DNA of 64,000 nt from the human T2T-CHM13v2.0 reference genome, Homo sapiens. The notes beneath the pieces are model-generated. The model searched no databases and was not told the origin of the DNA. It worked only from the letters and a program-made list of their open reading frames with translations. Of the stretch, positions 44,792 to 58,138 are shown piece by piece (within the stretch, counting starts at the first letter, position 1; each line of letters begins with the position of its first letter). The position numbers were made by a program, and so were the translations under genes. The stretch lies in the NCBI RefSeq assembly GCF_009914755.1, contig NC_060935.1. One strand, 5' to 3'.

Positions 44792-46270
44792 GGAATGGGG
44801 CTGCTTATAATTTAGGGTCTTAATACCAGGCAAATAAATGTCGTTAATCCCTTCTCCTGTCATAACATTCAAGTGGACATAACTCTACCATGCTCTAGGT
44901 CCTTAGAGTAGTGAATGTTGTTACTATACAGTAAAGTTCTTCAGGCCAGCCCAATCAAACATTTGTGCTGTTCTTGGCACATAAAGTGGCACGTATTATT
45001 CTAAAATTCCTTTTAATTTTGAGAGCTTTGTATTATGTTCAGCTACACTCAAGCTAAATAGCATAGGCCATCTCTGTCCTAAAACCCCATTAAAACTGTC
45101 CTTACTTTGTCTTCTTTTTTTACTTTCAGATTTCAAGCTTTATTTCAAGACTATAGTAATAAAAACAATATGGTATATGCCTAAAAACACAAAAAACAAA
45201 CAGAATAGAGAGCTCAGATTACTTTGTCTTAGTTGTAACTCTTGCCACCAAAGAAATATGGATAAGATCTAAAGACAGACAATGATAAAATCATTCATCA
45301 AAAAAAAAAAAACTCAAGTATGACATCCCAGGTCATTTGGCTGTAATTAGGTGGTGAAGGTACTGAAAGTTCACTGGAAGGCAGGTTTTTAACTCAGTAT
45401 TGAAAGGCCACCTACTGGTTAAAAAAAAAAAAAAAAAAAAACTTGCATGGTAAAGATTAGTGGCCTTAGATTGGGAGTACTTAAGTATCTCCCAACACAA
45501 TAATGTCAGTCTGCAGAGCTGGGACTGAAAGCCCAGTTAGTCTGATTCCAAAGTCTGTGCTCCTTCCTCTGTACCAGGCCTATTCCCCTTGCAAAATATC
45601 CACACTACTTTATGGACAATCTTTAAATTGAAGACCAATGTATACATTGAGCAAAATTTGATGGCTTTATATGGCTATAGACTTAGAAACGGAGGGAGCA
45701 TGTTTTATCAAACCAATACTTTTATGTGTTATTTTTCAAGCTCAATTGAATGCAATAACTTACTTTTTCATTGTATGAGTAAAGAGTAAAAGTGCTCATT
45801 TCTTTGGTATTAGTGCAGAATTTCTTAGAATTCTTATATTTGAAGGCCATTATAACAATCTTTTTCTAAAGAATATTGAAAAGGAATGTAGACTAGATAT
45901 TAAGGATATTTGGATTGATAGACAAAATCTGATATTATCTCCCTAATCCATTTACTTCACTGTGGCCACATTTATTAAAATTTGAGGCACATGTTCTATA
46001 TGATTTTTATGGTGTTTTAAATTCCTGGTACCTTTATTTATTTTAGATGCATGCCTTTCTTTAAAGTAGAATGAAATCTTCTCAAATGTAACAGAACCCA
46101 CTTAAGATAACACAAAGCTCTGTGTCTATTTGCCAAACAATACTGCCCCTGCTTCTTGCCCCACACCGCCACTGTGATATACCTCATTTAGACATATTAT
46201 TTTATTAATTTTGGAATCTTATTAGTTTCAATATTATGGTCACTGCCTTCAAAGGCATGCACAGTCTAGA

Positions 46271-46447
46271 GCAGCACTGTCCAATAGAGCTTTCTGTGAT
46301 AGTGGAAATGGTCTAAGTCTCTGATGACCAACATAGTAACTATTAGAGAAAAGTGGCTATTGAGCAATTAAATTTGGCTAGTACAGGTGAAGAACTGAAT
46401 TCTTAATACTATTTCACTTTAATTTAAATTGAATAGCCACAGCACAG
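46271..46447 (+). mobile_element. MER3-like hAT-Charlie element
   Basis: cagcactgtccaatagagctttctgtgatagtggaaatg...gtggctattgagca...aatagccac. Confidence 0.75.
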
Positions 46448-48399
46448 ATATAATGGGTCAAATCAAACATAGAACCAAAAATGATAATTAAAAAGGGCAA
46501 AATTATTAATGCCATATAAACATATGATAACCTCTTGAGAGTAGAGATGGGTAATGAACTTTGATTATAAAATTCCAGAAAGGCTTCACAGAGAAGAAGG
46601 CAGCTGAAGGATGTAGAGATTCCAGGGGTTAGAGAATAGGAGAATGGCATTCCAATATGAGGAAGCCATATGCACAAAGGTACTTGGTTTATTCCTGAAT
46701 AAGTAGAAGGGATCATGTCTTATGCATTTATCCCTTATACATTCATACTCACTGCCAAACCTCTGCATCCCTCTAATACTTTTCTTGCACATAATAGATC
46801 TCTAATGCATTTCTAGTGAATTGATTTTAAAAGCAAACAATAAACACATAATTTGTTTTAATATAGCAAATCATGTAGGAATCAAAAAGACAGCATTCTT
46901 GTATGTATTGTTGTAGCTTTCATAAACAAATGCTAAATAATTTTAAAGCAAAAAACAAGAAGGGAAAAAGACATTAGTGAATGGTAAACAGAGAGTCTTG
47001 CCAAGTTATAATGACATGGTGAGGGATGAGGAAAGGAGGTGCACAGACTATGTGGAAATATAAGTGTTTATTATTAATGTTTTAAGTTTCATTATATGAT
47101 GTTCCAAGGAGAAATTTTGAAGTATCTGTGGAATGTCTAGTGTTCTCCTATCATGAGAAATAAAGGATTTTATGGAGTTTCAAAATTGTTTCTGCATTCA
47201 AAAGGATCTTAACATGTGCTATCAAACTTTCAACCATGTTTCAAAGTTGTAGGTTTCTTTTTTTTCCCTTGTTTCCCTCAAGAGGCATTATAATTATACT
47301 ATCTTGGTGTTTTTGTTGTTTGTTTTGCTTTCTGTTTGTTTCTTTCTTTTTAATACCCGGCTGTGACAAAGTCTTATAAAATAATATAATACATTAAATG
47401 AATCCTACTAAGTAATAACAGGATTTTATGGTAATCAAAACATGATTTTATGGCAAAAGATAAATATTACAAAATACCACACCTGACAAAAGGACAATGC
47501 CAGAATCATCCCTACTTTAATTTCATGTTAAAAATATCCCACAAATGAGTGTCACTTATGTGACCTTTATATTTGTGGTATTTTAATCTATCTTGAAGGA
47601 GGAGAAAAAAATTCTTATCCCTTAGGAACCTACTTTTTTTCCTAATATTTTATAATATGATTTTTTTTTCTTTATGGTAAAAATATATCTTGATTCTGAC
47701 AGTTATTTTTATTTTGCTTCAAGTACAAAGAAAAAGAGTTTAATTCAAACAATAAAACCAAATTGTGTATTTTAAAATTTATTGCAGTTCTCTAACTTCT
47801 GTAGAATCCACCAGAATGTGCACTTCTTAAAGTCAAGGGTTTATCCTGCTCCACTGCTATTTTTCTACTGCCTAAAATAGTGCTTATGACTTATAATAAG
47901 TGCTCAATAAATATTCATTGATTAACTTAGTGACCAGAAGTATATAAACAACTTTTGTTGTGATTGTTGTTGAAACACTTGACTGGGGAGTCATCTGGTT
48001 TTAACAGATATTTGACCTCATTTTCAACCTTCAAAAAGGAGGTCTATATTTTAGCAAATGGCATGTAGTAACATGACAGTTATTAAGTAACAGACAGTAA
48101 CATTAAGTAACAGACAGTTATCAAGAGAGTAAAGTCTACTTGCTAGGTGCATTTAGAAGTAGAGTGCTTTCCTAAACTACAGATCCAGTGTGCCTCAGGA
48201 AATCCTAAGTATCTGGGTACCCACCCTACCAAAGCTTTTACTCCCACCCCTACTTTGTTTTTCTGGCCTAACAGAGTTCTTGCCTCTGCATTCTTTCCTG
48301 GCTCTTGCCTTTGATAGCTAAGAGTACTGTCATCTGCAGCTTAACCACAGCAGGAATTGTGTCTAGCTCTTACTGGTGGGGTGGTCCAAGCTTACAAGA

Positions 48400-48578
48400 T
48401 AGGAATAACATCATGTGTTTGTAAACTGTGCAGGTGCACCGGACCTTGCTCTTTAGAAAGACCCTGCTATTGGTTTACTGCTCTGTTGTCATTATCTCCA
48501 AACGCTTAATAATTTTTTGATCAAAGAATCCCACATTTCATTTTGCAGTGGGCCCTGCAAATTAGGTAGCTGATTCTG
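48400..48578 (+). mobile_element. MER45A-like hAT-Tip100 element
   Basis: ctgtgcag...ttggtttactgctctgttgtc...cattttgcagtgggccctgcaaattaggtagctgattctg. Confidence 0.7.
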
Positions 48579-49615
48579 CCACAATCTCTGTGCAGCTGAC
48601 TAATGTATTGCCTAGGGTCTTAAGGGCTTAGGATCAACATTTACAACTTCCTTGAGTACCTGAAGTAAAATAGGTCATTTCCCTAAGTTTCCTTAACTGA
48701 AAAAGAGAAATAGTACCTGTTCCTCTGTACTTCACGGGTATAAAAAGGGAAGAGCTTTGACCCCTTGCAAAGAAAAAAAAAGGTAAGCATCCATTACTTC
48801 TTAGTATTTCCTCAGCTTTCATGCTTCACTAAAATGACAGTGGAGGATAAAATATTTATTTCATGTTTCAGAAAGTACTATACTGAAAATGTTTCTTAAA
48901 TAAATACAGTGCTTTTTCCTCCTCCTTTCCCCCAACTTTCTCATCTTGTAATACCAGCTGTGAACACTGGCTAATATAAAAAAGTTCCCTGCAGAAAAAC
49001 TGAGATAAAAATTATGTGAAAAAGTATTTGGTCTATCTCCAAAACTGGGGAAAAAATAAACTCGCAGTTTGGAAGTTTAAGAAAATCCATTAATATATAC
49101 AACTTACAGCATAAATGACTTCATGTACATAAAAATGTTCTGTATATACTATATGTATATAAGCAGACATATATACATACAAGCTATAGAAATGTAAGGC
49201 ATCGTTAATGGGGTAAATATCACATGACCTCAATCCCTACTGCCAACTGGCTTACAGCATAAAATATCAACAAATGTGAATAAACCATAAGATCTTAGTC
49301 CATAATTACTATAGAGAAATACTACTTTTTACATAAAATTTAAAAATCCAATGAATAAAAAGTTGGAAGTTGGCAAACAAAATTGGAAGTTGGCAAACAA
49401 AAGATATAAAGTTAAAAAAACTTTATATCTTAAAGATCATAGTTATATAGGACATTGTATTTATTAACATATTGAAAATATGTAAATATTATGGAGGAGA
49501 AGAATTTGGATTCCATCTAAGAGAGATCTAATTATTCAATAATATTTTTCACCCCATATATTTAAGTGAAAAATTGAAGAACTAAAAAGTGAAATAAAAC
49601 AAATCAGGAGAGCTG

Positions 49616-49755
49616 GGTCTGAGCATGCTGGATCATGCCTGTAAACCCAGCACTTAGGGGCTGAGCTGGGAGGATTACTTGAGGCCAGACTTTTGAGACC
49701 AGCCTGAGAAACACAGAAAGACCATGTCTCAAAAAATAAAATAAAATAAAATAAG
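49616..49755 (+). mobile_element. Alu left monomer (FLAM-like)
   Basis: catgcctgtaaacccagcactt...tgagaccagcctg...tgtctc then (AAAAT)n tail. Confidence 0.85.
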
Positions 49756-50289
49756 AGGCATGGGTTTTCTTTTCTTTCAGATTTTTTAGCCACAGAAATG
49801 CATAAAGGCCCCGAACAAAAATGTGCCAGTCTACAATATAATCAAAATAGTTAAGATTTAAAAGCTAATTCCTTTGGCGTGGGAATCAATATACTAGTTG
49901 CCATAATAACTAATTACCTAGATAAGACTAAATATAAATGATAGTTACAAAATGACAGTCCAAGTTATAGTTAAACAAATTTAGAGATTATCCTTTATTG
50001 TCATCTGTAATGCCTTGATACTTGAGGAAAATTGGAAGAGCCTAGAAGGACAACACATTCCTAGCTTAAACTAATTAATGCAATTCAGCTTCATCCAGTA
50101 AATACTGAGTGAGTGATATGTGAAAGGGATTCCCTGCATAAAGATGGGAAATAAACACTCCTATCCCCAGAACCACTATAGTTTACCTAGAATATGGCAC
50201 AATGTTCTATTTTATTTTTCTTTTTTGGGTTGGAACTCGCAGATACATAAGGAGGTTAGGGAGAAGAGAACTCAGTGTTGCCCTGTCAC

Positions 50290-53200
50290 AATGAAAAGCA
50301 ACACCAGGAGGAACTCAGCCAGAGCCCACAGAGGGAGCATTTAGACCCAGTACTAGCCAAAAAGGAATTGCCCATTCTAGCAGTCAAAACCTAAGTCTCA
50401 GCAAGCCTTGCCATTTTGGGCTAAAGTGCTCTGGGATTGTAAATAAACTTGAAAGGCAGTCTAGGTTTAAAGGACTGAAATTCCCTGCAAGTCCTGGTGC
50501 TGTGCAGGGCTCACAGCCAGTGATGTGGGGGGCACAAGCCCCAGTGAGACACTAGCCAGAGCAGCCAAGAGAGTGCTTGCACCACCTCTCTACCAAGCTC
50601 AGGCAACACAGCTCACAGTTCTGGGAGAGACCTCTTCCTTCTGCTTGAAGAGAGGAGAGGGATGAATAAAGAGGACTTTGTCCTGCCTCTGGGATGCCAG
50701 CTCAGCCACAGTAGGATAGGGCCCTGGGCAGAGGCCTGAGGCCCTGATTCCAGGCACTAACTGTCGAATGACATTTCTAGACACACCCTGGGCAAGCAAG
50801 AAACTTGCTGCCTTGAAGAGAAGGACCCAGTCCTGGCAAGATTAATCATCTTCTGACTAAAGAGCCATTGGCCCTTGAATAACCAGCAGTGGTACCCACG
50901 CAGTACTCGCCATGGGCCTTGGGTGAGACTGAGAGATGTTCTGGCTTTAGGTGTGACCCAGCAAATTCCCAACTGTGGTTGTTATGGAGAGGGACTCCTT
51001 CTGCGTAAGAAAAGGAAAGGGAAGAGTGAATGAGACTTTGTCTTGCAGGTTACATACCAATTCAGCCACAGTGGGGTAGAGCACCAAGCAAGGTTCCCTG
51101 ATTCCAGGCACTGGCTCTCAGATGACATTTCTTGACACTCCCTGGGCCAGAGGGGAATGCATTATCCTGAAGTAAAAGTCCCAAGCCTGGAAGCATTCAC
51201 TACAAGCTGACTGAGGAGTCCTTGGGCCTTGAATGAACATAGGCAGTAGCTACGCAGTACCTCACTGTGGGCCTGAGGTGGGTTATATTGGTTGCAAGCC
51301 TCATTGTAACCACAAATCAGAAAACATACAACAGATACATAAAAAATAGAAAAAGAAGAAATTAAAACATAACCCCAGAGAAAATCACCTTCACCAAAAG
51401 GAAGACAGGATGGAAGGAAAGAAGAAAGAGAAGACCACAAAACAATCAGAAAGCAAATAAGAAAATGGTACAAGAAAGGCCATACTTATCAGCAATAACA
51501 TAGAATGTCAATGAAATAAACTGTCCAATCAAAAGACTTACAGTGGTTGAATGGAGAAACAAAAAGACCCAATGATCTGCTGGTTACAAGAAACACACTT
51601 CACCTATGAAGATACACATAGACTGAAAATAAACAGATGGAAAAACATATTCCATGCCAATGGAAACCAAAAAGGAAGAGGAGAAGCTATACTTAATATC
51701 AGACAAAATAGATTTCAAGACAAAAACCATAAGAAGAGACCAAAAAAATCATAATGTGATAAAGGGGTCAATTCAGCAAGATGAGATAACAATTGTAAAT
51801 ATATATACACCCAAAACTGCAGCACACAAAAACGTAAAGCAAATATTATTAGGGCTAAAGAGAGAGAAAGACTTAAATACAACAATAGTTGGAGATTTCA
51901 ACATTCCACTTTTAGCATTGGACTGATCTTTCAGACAGAAAATCAAGAAATAAACATCAGACTTAATCTGCACTATAGACCAAATGGACCTAATAAATAT
52001 TTACAGAACATTTTATCCAATGGCTGCAGAACACAGATTCTTCTCCTCAGCACATGGGTCATTCTCAAGGATCATATGTTAGGTAACAAAAAAGTCTCAA
52101 AACATTCAAAAACTTGAAATAATATCAAGCACCTTTCCTGACCACAATGGAACAGAACTAGAAATCAATAAGAGGAATTTTGGAAACTATACAAATACAC
52201 AGAAATTTTACAATATACTCCTGATAACCAGTGAGTCAATGATGAAATTATTGAGGAAATTTTAAAACTTTTTGAAATGCATGATAATGGAAATACAACA
52301 TGCCAGAAGAATAAAACTAGATCTCTATCTCTTCCTAAATTAAAAAAATCAAAATTGATTGAAGACTTAATCTAAGACCTGAAACTATGAAACCTCTAAA
52401 AGAAAACACTGGGGAAACTCTCCAGGACATTGGACTGGGCAAAGATTTCTTGAGTAATATCCCACAAGCAAAGACAATCAAAGCAAAAATAGACAAATGG
52501 AATTACATCAAATTAAAGAGCTTCTGCACAGCAAAGCATACATCAACAAAGTAAAGATCTAACCCAAAGAATGGGGGAAAATATTTGCAAACTATCCATC
52601 TGACAAGAGATTAGTAACCAAAATATATAAATAACTCAAATAGTTATGTAAGAAAAAAATCTAATAATCAGATTTAAAAATGGGCACAATATCTAAATTG
52701 ACATATCTCAAAAGACATACAAATAGCAAACAGGTATATGAAAAGGTGCTCAACATCACATCATCAGATAAATGCAAAGTAAAACTACAATGCGATATTA
52801 TCTCACCACAGTTAAAATGGCTTATATTGAAAACACAGGCAACAACCAATACTGGTGAGAATGTGGAGAAAAGGGAACCCTCATATACACTGTTGGTGGG
52901 AATGTAAGTTAGCATAACCCTTATGGGAGAAAAGTTTGGAGGTTCCTCAAAAGACTAAAAACAGAACTACCATATGACCCAGCAATCCTATTGGTAGGTA
53001 TATACCCAAAAGAAAAGAAATCAGTATATTGAAGAGATACCTGCACTTGCATGTTTATTGTAGCACTATTCACAATAGCCAAGATTTTGAAGCAACCTAA
53101 GTGTCCATCAACAGATGAATGGATAAAGAAAATGTGCTACATATAACAACAGTGTACTATTCAGCCACAAAAAGGAGATCCTCTGATTTTCAACGACGTG

Positions 53201-53604
53201 GGTGGAACTGAGGTCATTGTGTTAAGTGAAATAAGCAAGGCACAGAAAGACAAATTTCACACGTTCTCACTTATTTGTGGGAGCTAAAAATGAAAACTGA
53301 ACTCGTGAAGATAGAGAGTAGAATGACGATTACCAGAGGCTGCAAATGAGAGGGGGAGAAGTGGGGATGAGTATTGGTTATAAAAATATAATTAGATGAC
53401 TAGAGTCAACAATAATGTACATTAAAAAATAATGAAAACAGTACAATTTGTATGTAACACAAAGAAAAGATAAATATTTGAGATTATGAATATCTTATTT
53501 ATGCAAATGTGATCATTACACATTGTATGCCTGTATCAAAATATCTCATGTATCCCATAAACATATATGCCTACTATGTATTCATAAAAATTAAAAATAG
53601 AAAA
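50290..53604 (+). mobile_element. L1MA-type element with repeated 5' UTR units and two large internal deletions
   Basis: GC-rich 5' UTR with a duplicated unit (gactttgtc...tcagccacagt...ccctgattccaggcact...cgcagtac) at about 50670-51280. ORF2 endonuclease peptides (ICWLQETHF, GDFNIPL) to about 52300. Then a jump to the ORF2 C-terminus and an L1MA 3' UTR. Confidence 0.85.
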
Positions 53605-56600
53605 GTTTTTTAAATGGAGAACATTACATAGACAACAATAAAAATATATGTGTATATATGTATATGTGTGTGTATAGTGTCAATTTTATGTATGATAGCT
53701 AATATTTCTCTTCTAATAGGTCTGGGAGATACAATTATTTTTCTTTATTGCACAAATCAGGAAGCTCTATAAAAAACTGATTTGTCTAAGATTAGTGATC
53801 TTCTAGGAATCAATCCTGTTTCTTCACTATTATAACCCAGGGCATTTGTTTCACTATTTTTAAAGTCAAAATACCAAAATGTGTGGGATAGCAAAACTAT
53901 GGTAATTCACAAATTGCATGCTTACTTGGGTTCGTTTATGTATTTACTTTGGAATTCCATTATCAAATTCATCCCACACATTTGAATAATAACTGGATGG
54001 GTAATCTAATATTTAGAGAAAATTCATAGCAAAATTCTAAAAGGTATGGGTTTTGGAAATCTGTGGACTTAATTGATTTTTCTATATGATGAATAATATA
54101 TTTTCCCCATTGCTTTCTTTGCTATGTTTTGACTTAATCCTTTTATAAAGACACACTGGCAATAAAATACTGATAAGAATATCTCTTCCACAGCATTTTT
54201 ATCTGCTCCAGTCTAAATCCTAGTCTTCTTCATTGTTATTTTCAGGTTACATGGAAGAATTCTGGCAAGTAAAGTATCACATAAATATAATTTTATTATT
54301 AGATTTATTATAAAATGATTACATTATATTATAGAGTTATCATATTATTATGTATCTTAACAAGGTCAAACATTTTAGGAAACATTTATCAGGCAGCACC
54401 ATAAAGAAGCCATTTTCTTCTTACTCCATTTTCTGGGAGCTAGTTAGATTTCACCTTCAAAACCTTGAACTCTATGTACCCTGAATCAAAATTGAACTTC
54501 TGATTCAAAACAGGCAAACATATATGTATATATACTCACCAACTTACATGAACAAATAGAAAAATATATCCTAGATTTTTACAATACATAAATATTTTTC
54601 ATTCATAAGCAAGAGTACTTTCTAAATGACAAATAAATAATTCAATAATTCAAGAAAAGGGTAGAAGTTAAATTCAGGGGTCAAACTTCATGGGCTCAAT
54701 CTTAGTTTTTTCAGTTATTAGCTGTGTGACTTTAGACAGTTACTTAATTTAATCTTTCATGCTTCAATTCCCCATCTGTAAAATAGAAATGATAGAAGAA
54801 CTTATAGTACTGTGCATATTAAAAACAAACAAAAAATTAATGTGTGTGTGTGTGTAAAGTGCTAAGAATAGTCCCTGTCACATAGTCAACATTATCTAAA
54901 ACTAGAGAATTATTATGAACAGTATAATTATTATCCTCTAAAATGATAATGCAGTTGTTAAGTTGTTCACTATATTTGTCAAGTTCTTTTTCCAGTAGCC
55001 TTCATGGAAGAAAAAAAATGCCCCAGTGGCTTTTATTTTTCCCACAATGCAGTGATTCTAACTCTAAATAAAACTGAAGTAGGCTATATAAAATGTGTCA
55101 ATGTGATATTAGATATTACAGCTCTTTGGTTAAAATCTAGCTTTAAAAACTTCAGTTCCATATTTTTTGAAACGTTTTTGACCACACAAACTTTACGGTA
55201 TCTAATGAAAGTTGAGAAACTTGTTTTATACAAAAATATACATATGTGCCTCAAAATTAAACTTATACATAAATATGCAGATATGTGTGTGTATGTATTT
55301 CAGGAATTAATGAATCCCTGAATCCATTCAATTAGTCCTAGGGATTATGGAGCCATGTTAAAAACCCCTATCCTATGGAAAGAGAAGTAGAATTTTGTGA
55401 TAGAAGTAATGGGCACCAAACTGATAACGAGTATGCCAGACTCATTAGAAACTAGGCATCTAGGAAGTATTAGAACAGGTCATCTATATCAGTGACAGAG
55501 AGTTTATAAAAGATTTTACCCACTGTCATGAACAACCAAATCCTCAGCCTTCTAATGACCATGGTAGTGGACATCTAATTACAATCTCTAAAGTGAGACA
55601 AAGCTAGGCAAACCTACAGTGTGTATTATTTGAAGGTTCTGTTTGTCAAATACACACACAGAGCCCCTATTCAAGGTAAGGACTCCTTTTGTGGCTCTAG
55701 CTCAAAGTCTACATTAAAACAGTGCATTAGCCTCTCTTAAAACTTTCCCCACTGCCTAGGAGTAGGTAGAATACCTGTATGACCTGGTTTTTCTATAGCC
55801 ACTGCTGAATTATCAATAGCATCCCCATTCATTCTCAAAAGTATCTGGTTTGGACAATAAATTACAAAGTCACTGCAAATGTACAGGCAAGAAATGGGAA
55901 ACTGAAAAGAACATAGAGGAAAGTAAAAATTTTCTCCCTCAGTACTAGAATAGGATTGTTTAAAATACAACTTGTGGGCCTTCCATTCAAAATGCAATTT
56001 GACTTTCTAAGAGGAGCAAGTGCCTCCCACCAGTAGCAAGATGACCAAGCTTTTCCCTCTGCCACATCAGTGTGGGTGAAGGAAGACTTCCACGAAAGTG
56101 GCTTCTAAAAGAGAAGATACTTGGGTATCAGCAGTCCTTAACACTTCACTATATTGCACAAATATCTCTATCCTCTAACAGTATATCCTTAATGTCCTCC
56201 TCCTGAGGCCCGAGGCCATAATAGAGGGAGGTTATTTTCCAGTCAGCACAATAAGCCGACCCCCACAATATCTGTCTAACCCTGGTTAACATCTTGAGTC
56301 TAAACTCCTGTGATGCTCCCTGTTAAACTATCCGCCTATGACACTGCCGGGGGTTCATTAATGTCACTGTTGACAAAGCCTGCCCACTGTGCTCCCCTGG
56401 CATAAAGAATAAATGTTTTTAAAAACATGCACATAAAAATACTCCTTTTAGATTTCCTAGAAAAAAAATGATTCAAGTAGAATATAAATCATGCTCTATG
56501 ATTAACTCTTGCTAACAAGTAGTGCCAAATGGCAAAGAGTTCTGCTTAAAAGAATAATTCAGGTATCATTCATATAATAAAAAGATCTGAGAAGTGCAGC

Positions 56601-58091
56601 AGAGCTAGCACAAAAAAATATTTACACTTTTAATGTGCTGTCATTGTCATCCAAACATTTGAGGAGGACCTTCCCCTCTATCATTTCCAGAATTATCACA
56701 TTATAGTCTCTCTCACTCAGTTAAATAAAGACATAAAATACAATCACCACCCACACAGCACTCTCCAAGCTAAAGCCAGTGGGAGTGTTGACTATGGTAA
56801 GACTGCAGAAGCTAAGGTGCCAAATCTCATTTACAATGCATTCCCTCCACATTTCTTCGAAAGGAGCTGGGTTGGGCTCTTAAGCAGAGACTGTGACATT
56901 CGTAATTTATTTTCCCTCCAATACTCTTTTTATCAGTAAGTGAGAATAGCAGTATGCATCTCCTTCTGAGTTTTTCAAAAGAAAATGAGGAAAGAGATAT
57001 CCAGTTCTATACATGTTTGGAAAGAGGAAATGGTTTTGTTTTGTTTTGTTTTCACCAGGTATCTTAGGAATTGAATACCTTTAAATTCCTAAGCACACCA
57101 ATAGCAACCTCCCAAAAAGGTATATTAAAAATCAAAACAAAAAATTCCTCAGGAGGAAGGCTTGTTTTGCAAAGATAAACCTTTATTGCTAAAAATCAAT
57201 AGAATGTTAGAGATCTTAGAATATTATAATTGTTGCCATATCAAGGAATATTCCTTTGAGCTGCTAAGTAGTTTTCACTATGTTCATCAAATTACTTTGT
57301 TGATAAGAAAATCTGGGTTTTTCAAAAGTGTTGTGTCTTTATCAAAAAACCTGATTTTTCAAAGTTAAATGTGGAGTGTCATTCTTACAAAGCTATAAGT
57401 ATTGGTACTAGTATAATTTGTTCTTACTAACATTTATTAAGTATGTCTATATTCTGCCTACTTTGCTGCATTACTTTAAACCCAAGACAACACTATGATA
57501 TAAGTGATTTTATTAATCCCATTTAATTGCTAACAAAAAGCAAGGACAAATTATCTGCCAAGTTCATACGGGTATTAAGTGATGTATCTTTTAACTTCTA
57601 TAATATACTAACATCTTGGAGAAGAAAATTAATGTATTTTAAAGATGTATTTTAACACTAAAAAGAAACATCTAGTTTAGTGTACATGAAATGTCATCTT
57701 TTTAGGGTGGCATGCAACAGATTTATTTATAAAAAATGAAGAAAATCGCTAAAATATACAACAAGAATGAAAACCAGGTTAAGCCAAGGGCACAGATAAT
57801 CATAGAACAAAAAATTTGGGTCCTAAATAATACCGATTGCAATGTTTGTAGTGAAGAAAGTGAGACTTTCACTCTGCCAAAATCAGATCACATACTCCAA
57901 GAACATTTAGTTTGGTGTAAGTTTTAAAAGGAATACAGAGAAGTGTTGCCAAATGGGGGCCAGCATAACTTAGTGGTTAAGAATGTTAATTTTGGTACCT
58001 GATACCTGGGTTCAAACTGGAAATCTACTTACTAGCCATGGCCCTCAGCAACTTATCTCTCACTGCTCCTATTCTCTCAGCTGAACATTGA

Positions 58092-58092
<1 letters not shown>

Positions 58093-58136
<44 letters not shown>
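58093..58136. repeat. (AAT)n microsatellite inside a MIR
   Basis: Direct observation. Confidence 0.95.

Positions 58137-58138
<2 letters not shown>

Noticed and set aside
56230-56402. GC-richer block with a CTCF-like ccaggggagc motif (similar motif at about 4882)
   Set aside because: Poor match to the 5' half of the CTCF consensus and no other support from sequence alone.
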